64,000 nt of DNA, taken from Amoebophrya sp. A120. Its lineage: Eukaryota; Protista; Dinoflagellata. The notes under the pieces were generated by a model. It had not been told where the DNA came from. It saw nothing but the letters and a program-made list of their open reading frames with translations, and did no database searches. A program made the translations under genes and the position numbers. Positions 11,301 through 22,400 of the stretch are shown here, piece by piece; within the stretch, counting starts at the first letter, position 1, and each line of letters starts with the position of its first letter. The DNA is taken from the NCBI GenBank assembly GCA_905178155.1, contig CAJINV010000021.1, positions 607,530-671,529 on the forward strand, given 5' to 3'.

Positions 11301-12260
11301 CTCGTGATGCCTATCCCGCATGAGAAATGCGCTATTCGCGTAGCAGTAAATAGTGGACAACTTTTATTCTTGGCGCTCATGATGCAACTAGCCAAGTTTT
11401 TGTGTAGACACAAGTTTTTCTTTTTGTCATGTGGTTCTTGCAATTTTGCTGCCTGATTACAAGTTTGCACCCACCTTCCAGACCGAGACACATCGTTTTC
11501 AATCCATAGGGTTTTTCCACCTGACGAAGTCGCAGATCTCGTTTTTGCACATGGACGCAAAGGTAGTTGCCCCCTCACTCGCCGTCTGTTGTGAAGATCG
11601 TGGACTTGTTGCTGTTGTAGCGCCGGCCATGAAGAGAAAACCGCTTTCGACGTACGCCGCTGGCAGCTGCTGTTGATCCCGTCCCTGCTGCCCCTCCTCG
11701 TCGCTGGATGCCAGAACTTCTGCGGCTTCATCGGAAAAGTACACGGACTGGTCATTCATCACGCGGAGATGAAGATGGGGGTCAAGGACAAGGTCAAGGC
11801 CATCCTCGTGTTGATGCTGACCATCCAACAAGTCCAAGTCGCGTGGCCGTGTGGCCTCACCGTCCGTTGACTTCCCGTGGTTCTTCTTCTTCTTGCTAGG
11901 CGCAGCTTCGAGGAAAGCTACCCCATACTGGTCCACCCCGGCAGCGACCTCGACGGAAGAACTTTGTGACGTAGCAGGAAGCGCAGGCGCTGGCTCAGGA
12001 GGACCGCTTTCGACGCTTTGCTGCAGGGCTGGGCCAGAAACAGAATCGATCTCCGTTGTGCTCGAAGATGACGAGGGCGAAGTGCTTGCTCGCGGCCTGA
12101 GCTTGTCGCGCTTGTTCGCTGCAGCCTCTGCTAGACAAAGACAACATGTTTCGCAGCGGCCACCGTCTATCTCCTGGAGACGAGGGGTCGTCGCAAAAAT
12201 AAATGCGAGAAACGGCGAGAACCTCGGTCGGTGAAGAAGAAGATGGGAGAACATTTTCAT
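8319..12260 (-). CDS. Hypothetical protein with N-terminal hydrophobic (signal-like) segment; 4 introner introns
   Basis: ORFs 11499..12260, 9363..11012, 9007..9348 and 8319..8540 join in frame after element removal (WKNP-IAEQ; PVLV-LADVVDVTH; TQP-SAGTG; AAS-ASSLEQ). Confidence 0.7.
8581..8745. mobile_element. Introner-like TIR element, family A
   Basis: TATGCACTGCAAAAGTATCG...CGATCCTTTTGCAGTTCATA; repeat CGAAT/CGGAT. Confidence 0.88.
8801..9086. mobile_element. Introner-like TIR element, TCTGGGTCTGGAA family, atypical right junction
   Basis: TATGCATTGCAAATGTGTCTAGGTCTGGAA...TTCAAGACCCAGACGTATTTGCTTTTGATA (TIR ends 9082) plus extra TTGA; flanking repeat TGGGCTG/TGGGCTG. Confidence 0.75.
9364..9672. 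mobile_element. Introner-like TIR element (diverged)
   Basis: TATCGAGTTTTTCTCACGCGTTTACATC...GATGTAACGTTTGAGAATGAAAATCCCATA; repeat AGCGC/AACAC; in-frame join. Confidence 0.75.
11001..11508. mobile_element. Long (508 bp) introner-like TIR element, TCTGGGTCTGGA family
   Basis: TATCAACTGCAAATGTCGTGTCTGGGTCTGGA...TCCAGACCGAGACACATCGTTTTCAATCCATA; repeat GGGTT/GGGTT; in-frame join. Confidence 0.85.
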
Positions 12261-13429
12261 TTATTAACACAAGTTGGCCTCTACTACTTACAGCTTTATA
12301 GCAGCGCAGTGGTGGCCCCGACAGTCGACAATGAGGTCACGACGCTGAAGAAGATTCGTTCTTGCTTTGGGTTTTCGTTTTGATATGAGCTCGTGAATCT
12401 GAATGCTTGTGAAGATACGCGGCACCCCACATCGATACTGCTTTGCTCACGATTGATGGGCACTAACAACTTACAAAAAAACAGCGAGGGCTTGTTCAGA
12501 CGATTTCGATTTCGATTCAAGCACCATCTAGAAATTGGCGTGACTCATTTTCGCACGGCTACGGAGGTGTACTAAGTTTTACCTCCTTTTTGAGAAAACG
12601 ATCAGTAGGCGCACTTCCATACCTCCCTCCTTTTTTTTTACCACGACCCATACAATGCCGACGCTTTTCCGAGAACAAATCTTGGCCAAAAACCCTCCAT
12701 TTGACAATTTCAGACGTCGACTTCCCGAAGTTTGAGATTTATCCATATTAAACGAATCAGGCGAAAACGGAATACATAGATACGCGCAGGCGAGTAATAA
12801 GAGCATAACGAACTACGCGAACAATACACACGACGAGCCAAGCTGGCGAAGCCAAGCTGGCGAAGCAGCGTGCTGGCAAGGACTCCTTTTTGGAGTGCCG
12901 AGGCAGCTTTTGCCAAATAGCAAAAGCTGCCTTAATACCAAAAGTTGCCTCAGACAGCTTTTTCTATTTGAAAAAAGCTGCATGGGACATCTTTTGCTAT
13001 TTGACAAAACCCCCTGAGGCAGCTTTTTTCAAAGAGAAAAAGCTGCCTGCTTTTTTCCAACAACGAACTACGCGAACAATACACACGACGACGCATGCTT
13101 AGCCTACGCATAACCTTTGACCTACCAAGAAAACAATAGAGGGCGCAAAAACCTACCAACCAGAACTACCGTAAGTACCTACTATAGCCAATGCTTCTTA
13201 CCTACCGATACTAACACGACCCTGCTTGGCATTTTGTAAATAAAAGCGACCAGTGTCCACTGAATAGAACCAACCTACCTACATACCAACCAATAGAGAA
13301 TGAGACAATGAGAGATCAAAACCAATACAGATGAGAATGACACTGCCCGCCAACAAAAAATAAAAAGTAAACGATAACCTTTCTCAGGCACAGAATGGAC
13401 GACACAACCCTGCAACATCATCTTTATTA

Positions 13430-13541
13430 CCAACTTACCAACCTTACAACTTACCAACCTTACAACTTACCAACCTTACAACTTACCAACCTTACATCAA
13501 CTTACCAACCTTACAACTCAGAAACCTTACAACTTACCAAC
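13430..13541. repeat. Minisatellite (CAACCTTACAACTTAC)n
   Basis: Tandem 16-nt units visible directly. Confidence 0.9.
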
Positions 13542-13569
13542 CCTGAGCCAAAAAGGAACTGTGGAAAAA

Positions 13570-13591
13570 CTTGAGCCAAAATGGCTACGGA
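13570..13591 (-). other. Dinoflagellate spliced-leader motif (genomic copy or relic)
   Basis: Reverse complement TCCGTAGCCATTTTGGCTCAAG matches the dinoSL consensus DCCGTAGCCATTTTGGCTCAAG; followed by TTTTT (no GT donor) and a degenerate second copy CCTTTTTGGCTCAGG. Confidence 0.9.
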
Positions 13592-15181
13592 ACAATACAG
13601 AGCACAACGAACTACGCGAACAATACACACGACGCCTCCCCCCCCGGGGTCCGGGGGGGGAGGCGGGGGGAACCCAACCTCCCGAAGGCAAGACCCCGCG
13701 TCCCCTTTTCGAGGAAGGGGGACCCGAGCCCGGGTCCGGGATCCAAAACCCCTCCTCCTCCTGTGGAGCACGGATTTTGCATCGGCAGCCTCCGCCTGTG
13801 AAGCAGTACGCCGCACTTAGCCTTTTTACCGGAAAGCGCCTGGGAACTCCAGGTGAGGAGCCATCTTTCTACCGGGACTCTCCCGTGCCCGTTAGGCACA
13901 AACCCCAAGGAATCCCAGCAATGCCGTCCGATTCATTCCTGTTTCCGCCCCGGCTGGGCCGCTTTTTATCGCATTTCCCCCCGTTTTCGCCTGCTGTTCC
14001 CCCTGCTTTTCCAGCGTTTTTCCCTCTTTCCATCTCCTTGCCCCTCTTCGCCCTTTCCTTTTCGCCCGTTCTTGCTGCTTTCTCTCCTTCTATTTGGCAC
14101 CTCCTCCCCGGCTGCCTCCCCCCCTTCGGGCATCCACCCTCCCCTCCGTGTTCCCCTTCCCCGCTTGCTCCCTTCCCCTTTCCCTCCTTTCCCCCTAACC
14201 CCCTTCCCCTGCTCTAGAGTCTGTGGCCCTTGCTACAGCACGCGGCACGGCTGCGCTCAAGTACAAATACTGCGGTCACACGGATAACAGCTAGTAAGAG
14301 CATAACGAACTACGCGAACAATACACACGACGACGCAAGTCATCCACCAGCGCAAGCTCCGGCGCGAGCAATAGTGGTGACCTTCGTACTCCTACTGATC
14401 GACGTAGTTATTGTTATTCACGAGGTCGTTACAAATCGCGTTGACGTTGTGCTGTTGGACTAGGACGTCCGCACCGTAGAAGATTTTTCTTGTGCTGGCC
14501 GCGGCGTTGTAGCAGTTTATTTTTGCATTATTTCTAGTCGTCGCATGTTGGTTGTCAAGAACTGTTGAACTACAGGCATGATGCTGGCTCGGGTCTACAC
14601 AGAGCACAGTTGGCGACGCGGTTGGTAGAGATGCCTCAATTTTCAAATTCAATGTAGTATTTCTAGTATATGGCATCCACAAGCGACTGCAGGCTGGAGC
14701 CAATTTTCGCCCTGTACTACGAGCGACATCAACTTCCGTTTGCAGGATAATACGCTTAGTACCATCATTCATGATCTCACCACTCCGCCGCGACAACATC
14801 TTTTTCTGAAGAGATGAGAGCACCAGTAGACTACACCTACCCTTGGCCTTGGACTTTCTGTGGTCCCGGGGAGCACATGTTACAAATACAAGACCTTCGC
14901 GCACCAGCCTTATTGATGCTGTGAAGATCATTGTTATGCTGATCTGTTCGCCGTCGCGACGGCTTCTTCTACCGTAAACTGTGACGTTGTAGCTTCTTGT
15001 TCTTTCGGATACAACTTCTACGTCTATCATGTTGAAGGCAGCTCTTCTTAGTGTGAGTGTTAACACAAAGACAAAGCTACTACAGCGTCTCCCGTTATGA
15101 TTTACTGCGTGGCTGATCTTCAACGACGATATTATCGATAGTACGCATGTGCTGGTTTTTATCAAGACACTCTCCAGGACA

Positions 15182-15342
15182 TATGCATTGCAAAATCCTA
15201 TCGTACTCGTATAAATGCATTGCAAATTATTTCCTCAGCATGAGAAATCAAATTTGTCATGCGGATTTACCTTAGGAAAAATATGTGTAATGCATGACTG
15301 CAATGAATTACTACGAGCACGAAACTTTATTTGCACAGGATA
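15182..15342. mobile_element. Introner-like TIR element, family A, in the probable SOD 3' UTR
   Basis: TATGCATTGCAAAATCCTATCG...TTTGCACAGGATA; repeat GGACA/GCACA; 11 nt beyond the SOD stop codon. Confidence 0.85.
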
Positions 15343-15353
15343 GCACAAGAACT

Positions 15354-17034
15354 TCAACCATACTTGATTTCTCCGCAACCAATCCGCGCCCCAGCGTTAC
15401 CGGTGGTCTTCGACGTTTTCCCGTTGACGCCCGGCTATCCTCTGCAAAAGTATCGTTCTCGTAGTAATCGTAGTCATGCATTACAAGAACTCTCCTCCCT
15501 TCTTGAGGTGAGCACGCATCACAAATTTCGTTTCTCATGCTGAGAAAATTTGTCAACAGCATGCGACTGATTCTGATACTAGTACGATACTTTTGCAGTT
15601 CATACCGGTTCTGAGTTGTCCCCGCGCCCCAGGTCGTCTGGATCCGCGTGTACCTTGATTTAAGTTTTCAAGAGACGAGGACTTCGACTTCGTTCTAGAA
15701 AGAATGAAGAAACAATCACGAATGGCAACGTAAACAAGATGACCAATCTGAGAAGATGAAGAAGTGTCGCAACAACTTCTACTTGCACAACAGTAGTTGT
15801 AAGTACCATGACACTCCGCCCGACCACGGAGTATGGTCCGGAGAGCTTAATCAGGTGGTCCTTGATATCATGCAGAAAAAAACCCGGCACCAGGGCATAT
15901 TTGTATTTCAATTATGAATTGTGCAAAAGCAAAGAAAACCGACAAGATGAAACAAATCCGTCATGGGCGAGCCCATCGCACACTTTAGTTGAAGGCGAGG
16001 ACATGCAAAAATAAAGTAGATTTATTTTTTAAAGTACTTGTTATTTTCTAGTTTTCTATTATGCGAATATGCCATGCCGGGGGCTTTTTTCTGTATGATA
16101 CTTGATGCTGCCCTTGCTCTTTCCCTCCTTGTCCACGTAGATATTTCCCAAGTCTCCCACATGCCGTTCCTCGTCCTGTGGGCCACCATGCTGCTTGTTG
16201 AAGGGATTGTAATGAGGTCCCGCGTATCAGATGCAAATATCGCAGCTGGATCTGGAAATAGATTGCCAGGTTTGTCATGCATATTTTGCATGACCAGCAC
16301 CCATGACGCCTGTAAAAATGCATGGCCTCCCATCTTCACAGATTTTTAGGAGGAGCCTCTTGATGCATATGCCGTATGAGAAATGCCCCCTCCGCGTAGC
16401 ACAAACAAACTGGGCTCCTGCTCTTGCTGGTCATGCAATACAGGTTTTTTTGGTATGCAAAGACAGCATCACAAGTTCTTCTTCTTGCACTCCTCCAGAG
16501 CCAGACATATTTGCATTTGATACGGCGGAAACGCAGCCCTGGCTGAAGTCCGCCTTCTCGTGCACGTGAAAGCCGTGCAAGCCTTCCTTTCCGCAATTGA
16601 CCAAATCCCACTCGTATGCATTGCAAAAGTCTAGTCGTACTACTTGTACTCCCACTACTAATCGCAATATTTTAGCATCATGTTGACAGAGCAGGTCGCC
16701 TCTGAGAAGTTCTATACCAAAGACGGCATTTACAACAAATTCCACTTTTCATTTATTTGAGAACATTAGTATTCTTCGTACAAGGCAATTTTTTCGTACT
16801 GCTGGTAGACAATTACGATGATCTACTACTTCAACTTCCTTTTGCGATGCATATCTCAATCAGACACTTTTCCCCGTTGTCCACCATTTTGAAAGTCACA
16901 GTTCCCTTGCACCCGGTCTCCTGCGCATTCTGCGAGCAGGGCTTCCCCTTCGGGCCGATGTCGCACGTCGCCGTCAGGGGACGGAGACCCGACAACCCAC
17001 ACAACGGGACACAGAAATCACGGAGGACGTCCAT
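15354..17034 (-). CDS. SOD1: Cu/Zn superoxide dismutase (4 introner introns, 1 GT-AG intron at 15654-15806)
   Basis: Spliced translation ...[47 protein letters not shown]...[19 protein letters not shown]...[19 protein letters not shown] contains the Cu/Zn ligands and the disulfide cysteines. Confidence 0.95.
15436..15604. mobile_element. Introner-like TIR element, family A (in SOD)
   Basis: TATCCTCTGCAAAAGTATCG...CGATACTTTTGCAGTTCATA; repeat CCGGC/CCGGT. Confidence 0.92.
15866..16100. mobile_element. Introner-like TIR element (in SOD)
   Basis: TATCATGCAGAAAAAAACCCGGC...GCCGGGGGCTTTTTTCTGTATGATA; repeat CTTGA/CTTGA; removal gives GSIK-DHLIK. Confidence 0.92.
16225..16522. mobile_element. Introner-like TIR element (in SOD)
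   Basis: TATCAGATGCAAATATCG...CAGACATATTTGCATTTGATA; repeat CCGCG/CGGCG; removal gives CVSA-GPHYNP. Confidence 0.92.
16615..16853. mobile_element. Introner-like TIR element (in SOD)
   Basis: TATGCATTGCAAAAG...CTTTTGCGATGCATA; repeat ACTCG/TCTCA; removal gives CLIE-WDLV. Confidence 0.85.
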
Positions 17035-19452
17035 TTTTGGATATTTACAACGAGCTTAAAAGTCTTCCTTGTTGTATTTTCGACGATTGGATTAGAATTT
17101 TGCTCTAGCAGCTCCTGTCTCGAAACGACTAAATTCTTCTCTTGTACTCTCAGCTCGTTCGTATCATTCAAAAAGGTAGAATTTCTATTTTCACATCACA
17201 CAACTGTAGTCACAACCGTCAATCGTGAACAACCAATTCTAGTTCCAAAATTTCGAGCTACTGATAGAGTGCGTTCCACCTGCCGAAAAAAAACTCAATG
17301 CTTCATCTCACTCTCAACATCACTACATACTCACTTCAATAACTTTAACCGCGAAAACCACAGCCTGGTGGTCGGGAATTTTTGTACGTAATATTTTTAC
17401 CATGCTTGACAATACCGAGAGCTGATGACTCACTCTCAACATGTGACTTTTCAAAATTCCATCCCCGACCCCACGACTACAACAAGCTGATAGATGCTTA
17501 ACGGAAAAAGAAAACACGACGAGACTGCCAAACTACGTAAGATTCTGAGGAACGAACAGAATCTTCACAGGCACGATGTTGGGACGAGGGTCGTGTGCTG
17601 TAGCCCGTGCAACAACTACCTAGAGCGTTGGACCACGATGCGCAGCACTTCTCGCCGCGTTGCTTTAGCTTTGTTTTTCATATATCAGTTTTCTTGTTTT
17701 TTTTTGTTTTTTTCACGTTTTCGAGTTTGAAAAAAGTAGTCAAACTCTGCCCGTAATTGTTATTGTCATGCCACGAGAACCCCTAGGATAGGGATTGTTA
17801 GGGTGCTAGTTCGGCCCATCTAAATACCGGGACAACATCAATAAACGAACGACAAATGTTCGGCTTCTTGACACGGGAACCTAGGAAGAGGTGCAGCTGT
17901 GGTGTTCGCAAAATTTTTTCTTGCGTTTTTTCATTTATTTTTTTTCTCCGTATTTATTACAACGAACTTCCATAAACCGCTCGCTGCCCTCCGCTACCCT
18001 TCAAATAACCGACATCGAGATCGAAATTATTTCGATTAATGGATAATGGGCAGCTTTTCATTTTTCGCAGAAACCAAAAAAGGAATAGCATAGAATGAAA
18101 AGGCTATCAATCATCCATGGATGGTGCGCAAAACAAAAAAGCCAAAACAAAACGGGTCTTGAATTTGGTGTACTACTTCTTGATTTCATTTCTTACAAGA
18201 AGTAGAAGATGTTTTTTGCAGTAGCTGTATTTTGTTGTACAATCGAAGAAGTAGTGACCCATCGAAGGTAATATGTCGCCGTGGGCGGAACAAATCAACC
18301 CCGTCGTAGTCGTGATTTATTTCTTGCCGTAGTACAAGTAGTACGGTAACAGTACTAGCAAAACTATCTGAAATAATGTTTTGTCCTCGATTTCTACTTT
18401 GTTAACGACCGATCTTAGTAGTAAGTTGTAGTCACCAACTCGGCCCTGCTCGCACAGCTCGCTGCTGGTGATTTTTTTCTGCAGCCGGAGCATATCGATA
18501 GGGGTGTGCGCAGTGTGAGTGTCGTGGTCGTAGCAATCAAATCAATCTTTGTAGTGCTAGTGGAGCGAATAAGCTCCTGCAAAGTGCTGTTTCCGCTATC
18601 TCTGGCTTTGTCTGAAAGCTTGTCCTTCTCCTTGCACCGTGATTCGTCCTATACCTATTTCCCAAATGACATAGGCATTTATTTCTAGAAAATAAAGCAT
18701 TTGCATTTCACACACCACCTCCGCATCGTCTTATTGCAGGCTTGAAGCCCCCACCGTACATACCATGAACGCAAGAGCACGTCACGACCAAATAATTTGC
18801 CGTCAACATCTCCTTCTGCTTCGGCTCCCGTAAAAAAATCTACATTCTTCGTAATTTGGCGTCCTCTTAAGGTAGAAATGCTGTTGACCAAAAACGAGCC
18901 CTCTGAGTGGACGTCGGCTCGCTTTCGGCCAATCACCTGCCAGGACTTCTGAGCGAAGACAGATTTTGGCTTCATCTTCCACTGAAAGCCGTGAAACCAG
19001 AATACAACAGATAACCACATACGAATATCATAGGTCCAAAAAAAAAACAACTTTCAATACCTTGTTCGACGGCAAAAAAAACAACAACAGAGCAGACACG
19101 GTAGACTGATTGAGGTTGATGAACAAGACAGTCCAAAGATATTGTAAGTTGTTTTGAGCAGCGAGAATTGAAACTAGCATTCCAAAGTACCTCTTGACTT
19201 CTTAGCACCGAGGTATACTAATATCGCATCCTGCCCGCTCACATCACCCCCGGCGTCGATGCAGAGTTTTAGTTTAGTATAAACAGATAATTTAGAATAG
19301 ATACGTTCACTGCGAGGTTCATTTTATTTTTCCAAAATATTTATAAATTAAAAGCTGTCGAAGTAGATGAAATATACAAGCGAGCTCCTGCTACTTAGCC
19401 AGCTGCATCATCAAAAGATGACAGCCACGGCGTTGACTGCTCGTCCGTACTT

Positions 19453-22400
19453 CTAGTATCCCCCACCGCCGCCCCGATTGTTGTTGTTGTTGTGATTCCG
19501 CCCACCTCCTCCGTAGTTGTTTCTGTTTCGGTTATTGTTGTTTCTGTTCTTTCCACCGCTCCCGCCTCCGCCGCCTCCGCCACCCTTGCCCTTGCCCTTT
19601 CCGCCGCCGCGATTGTTATGTCCACCGCCATTATTGCCCCAGTTGTTATGATTGTTGTTCCCGCCACCACCTCCATAGCCCTATGCATTGAAAATATGTC
19701 TGCGTCTGGAGGGGCTGGAAAAATGTTCGTACGTGGTTTGTTTCGAATGTTGATGAACGCACTGAAAAAACGCCCAGACAACTATAACGATAACGGCCTC
19801 CTGCGTTGTGCGTATAATCATTGCCACATGTTGACATCCTGCGTTTTTCTTTTTGCAGAAAAAAATGAATGCGGTCATGCCCCTATTGCTTTATCTATGG
19901 ACGATCGCAAACTCTCCAGTCATGTTGGAGTTGGACAAGCATGCGCATGACAAAAGCCTTCGCAACCTTCCTGGAAAACTCAGACATATTTGCAGATGTG
20001 ATAAGCCTCCGTGATTTCCGCCACTGCCACCCCAATTGTTGTTACGAAAATTATTTCCGTTGTTTCCCTTTCCGCCTCCACCGCCACCCCAATTTCCAGA
20101 ATTATTGTACTGCTGATAGTTGTTGTTTCCCTTGCCGCCTCCCCCTCCTGCCGGTCCCCAGGAGGGATACTGGTGCATCTGCTGCTGTTGCATGTTGTAG
20201 CCAGCCGCTTGCTGGTGGTGAAGAGGACCTTGACTGCCATGATACTGGTGTCCGCCCATCTGCTGACTCATCCAGTTCTGCATCATGTTTTGATTGCTGG
20301 TATCACCACCAGTGCCGCCCATCATCGCACCAGCAGCTCCGCCGCCCATCATGTCGTCGAGTTCGTGCGAAGCCTTTCTCTGCTGTTGACCAAACGGATT
20401 GCCCGGCTGCTGAGCACTAGTACCAAGAGCTGTGGTTGTGCCAGGGCCCGGTGCGCTAGCGCCGAAAAGCTGGGAGCCAATCGTGGCTGGCTTGCTGTTC
20501 ATCGGCTCGCCCCAATGGTCCTTGTTCTTAACCTTGTTCGTCCCGCCGCGCAAGGAGTCGTTGCTGTTTTTCCGGTCCGCCGGCTGCGCCTGCTGCGGAA
20601 GTTGCTGAAGGCCCGAAGACGTCGGACCTGGCTGGACCCTGAGTATTTCATTCAGTTCAGTATATCACTGGGACATCATTTCTTGTGATTCTCGTCGCGA
20701 AATAACACTACATCACGGAGGACACCTCCGCCACTCTTATTGTGTTGAGCTTCAAAAAAGTCACTGCTATTTCTTGTACTATTTGCACTATTTGATGTAT
20801 AAGAAAACTTACAACTACAACACGCATGCGGTAATCAGTCAGAGGAGCGGAAGATTTTTCCGCTTATAAATTTTATACGCCTTGACTGTCGCCGGTTTAT
20901 TTCCCGATTTATTCTCCACCGCGGAGTCTACTTCATCAATACTGCCCGTCTGCGCTGCCGGAGCTGGTGGTGCCGTGCGTCCTCCTGCGCAGGTAGAAGT
21001 GGCCTCTACTTTCATCTTGTCTCCAGCACCAGTTGTCGCGGCGACCTCCTCGCTCCCAAGTAGGGGCCCGCCAGGCTTCTTGGATCCACCCGGAACTGCC
21101 TTAGCCTTACTGACCGCTTGGCCGACCGGTAGCTGCTCCTGCACTTTATTATGCACGTCCGGCGACGACGTCGACGCCGTGTTGTTGGTCTTTCCCAGCA
21201 TCGGAGCGGCCGCGGAAACCTTTGCTGTGTGCTTCGGCACGTGTTTCGCGTGAGCAGGCGGCGAAGCCTTCTGCTGTTCCACTACTGCTGGCGTCGACGT
21301 CGTGCAGGTCGTGGTTTTGTCATCCTTACTCAAGTCCGGAGTCGTCAACGGTGGAATATTCTTGTCCACTGGTAGTTGCTTTCCAACGGTGGAAGATTTC
21401 GACTTATCCTCCTCCGGAAGCTTGGTCAGGGTAGAAGAGGTGGCTGGAAGGTTCGAGACAAGTTGTCCACCAGCTATCGTTTGAATTTGATTTTTACCCG
21501 ACTCGGGGTCTGCGCCTGGAGATTTCGCTTTGTCTTTGTTCTCCAACACATCCACAGGTGCCGCAGAAGTACTACCCACTTTAAGATTTTCAGCGCCGGC
21601 ACTAGAAGCACCAGGACCAGACTGCAGCTTGTTCTCCGTCAGAGCTGTATTAAGCTTGATGTCCTTCTCTTTCCCATCATCTGTTTTCGATACCAAGGCC
21701 GGCGAAGCGGCTGCCGTCGCGCCGCCTTTCGCTGCTCTGCTGCTTGGGAGCGGCACCAAACCTCCTCCAAACGCCATCTTCATGGGCGGGACCACGTGCG
21801 CAGATTGTTGTAGAGGATTCACCTGCGGTGTCTGAATGTTCGCCCAGTGCTGTTCTTCGTCCTCGAGTTTCGTAGCATCCGACTTTTCTCCCATATTACA
21901 GGGCTTCGCAAGACTGGAAAGACAAAGGCTACCGCTCTTCGAAGCAGCGGCCGCAGCCATGTTGGTCGTGCCTGCTGGTTTCTTACTCGCACTTTTGGTC
22001 AGCGTGTTGCTTGTTGATGCTCCGAGTTGTAGTTGCTTCGCCTGCTCACCGTCGTCCCGGGAGGCGAAAGTCGTGCTGTCAAGTGTAACTGTAGTAGTTT
22101 TCGCTTTTTCATCGTCCTTGTCTGCGGAAGGTTTCTTGTCCTCGGTGGTCTGCGCATTACCTGCTCCGGGTTGCTCCGTATTAGTTACGGGCTTCTTCGG
22201 AGGTGGGGCCGTACGAACAGACGTAGTAGAGGGGCCTTGTTCATTCTGCTTGTTCGTTGGGCTTGGGGCCTCCGTGCTCGGCTTCGCGTCGAAGACCACT
22301 GCTTCATTCTTTTGTTCCGCTTTGGCATTTTTAATATCGTTCTTGCTGGCTGCAATGGCAGTGCTCGTTGAGCCAGCGCTTGAACTAGCTGGAGGAACAG

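Larger units (their letters stand above)
12807..14332. repeat. Four identical dispersed 29-nt direct repeats AACGAACTACGCGAACAATACACACGACG
   Basis: Copies at 12807-12835, 13062-13090, 13606-13634, 14304-14332, separated by unrelated 226, 515 and 669 bp segments. Confidence 0.9.

Noticed and set aside
12660-12790. U2 snRNA-like fragments on the minus strand
   Set aside because: Short matches (GTTTAATAT, TTTTGGCCAAGAT) are in the wrong order and the GTGTAGTA branch-pairing motif is absent
13430-13541. Telomeric repeat
   Set aside because: The 16-nt unit does not match TTTAGGG/TTAGGG-type repeats and is interstitial
13500-13591. Functional SL RNA gene
   Set aside because: The leader is followed by TTTTT rather than a GT/GC donor, so it is kept only as an SL motif or relic
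12807-14332. CRISPR array (29-nt identical repeats)
   Set aside because: Spacers are 226-669 bp and unequal, there are no cas genes and the context is eukaryotic
14392-15225. 277-aa ORF as a gene
   Set aside because: Starts inside a TIR element, has no recognisable motifs and lies directly downstream of SOD; probably UTR or intergenic
17035-19390. Genes or RNA genes in the AT-rich stretch (likewise 61500-63700)
   Set aside because: Only short uninformative ORFs; no tRNA, rRNA or element termini recognised
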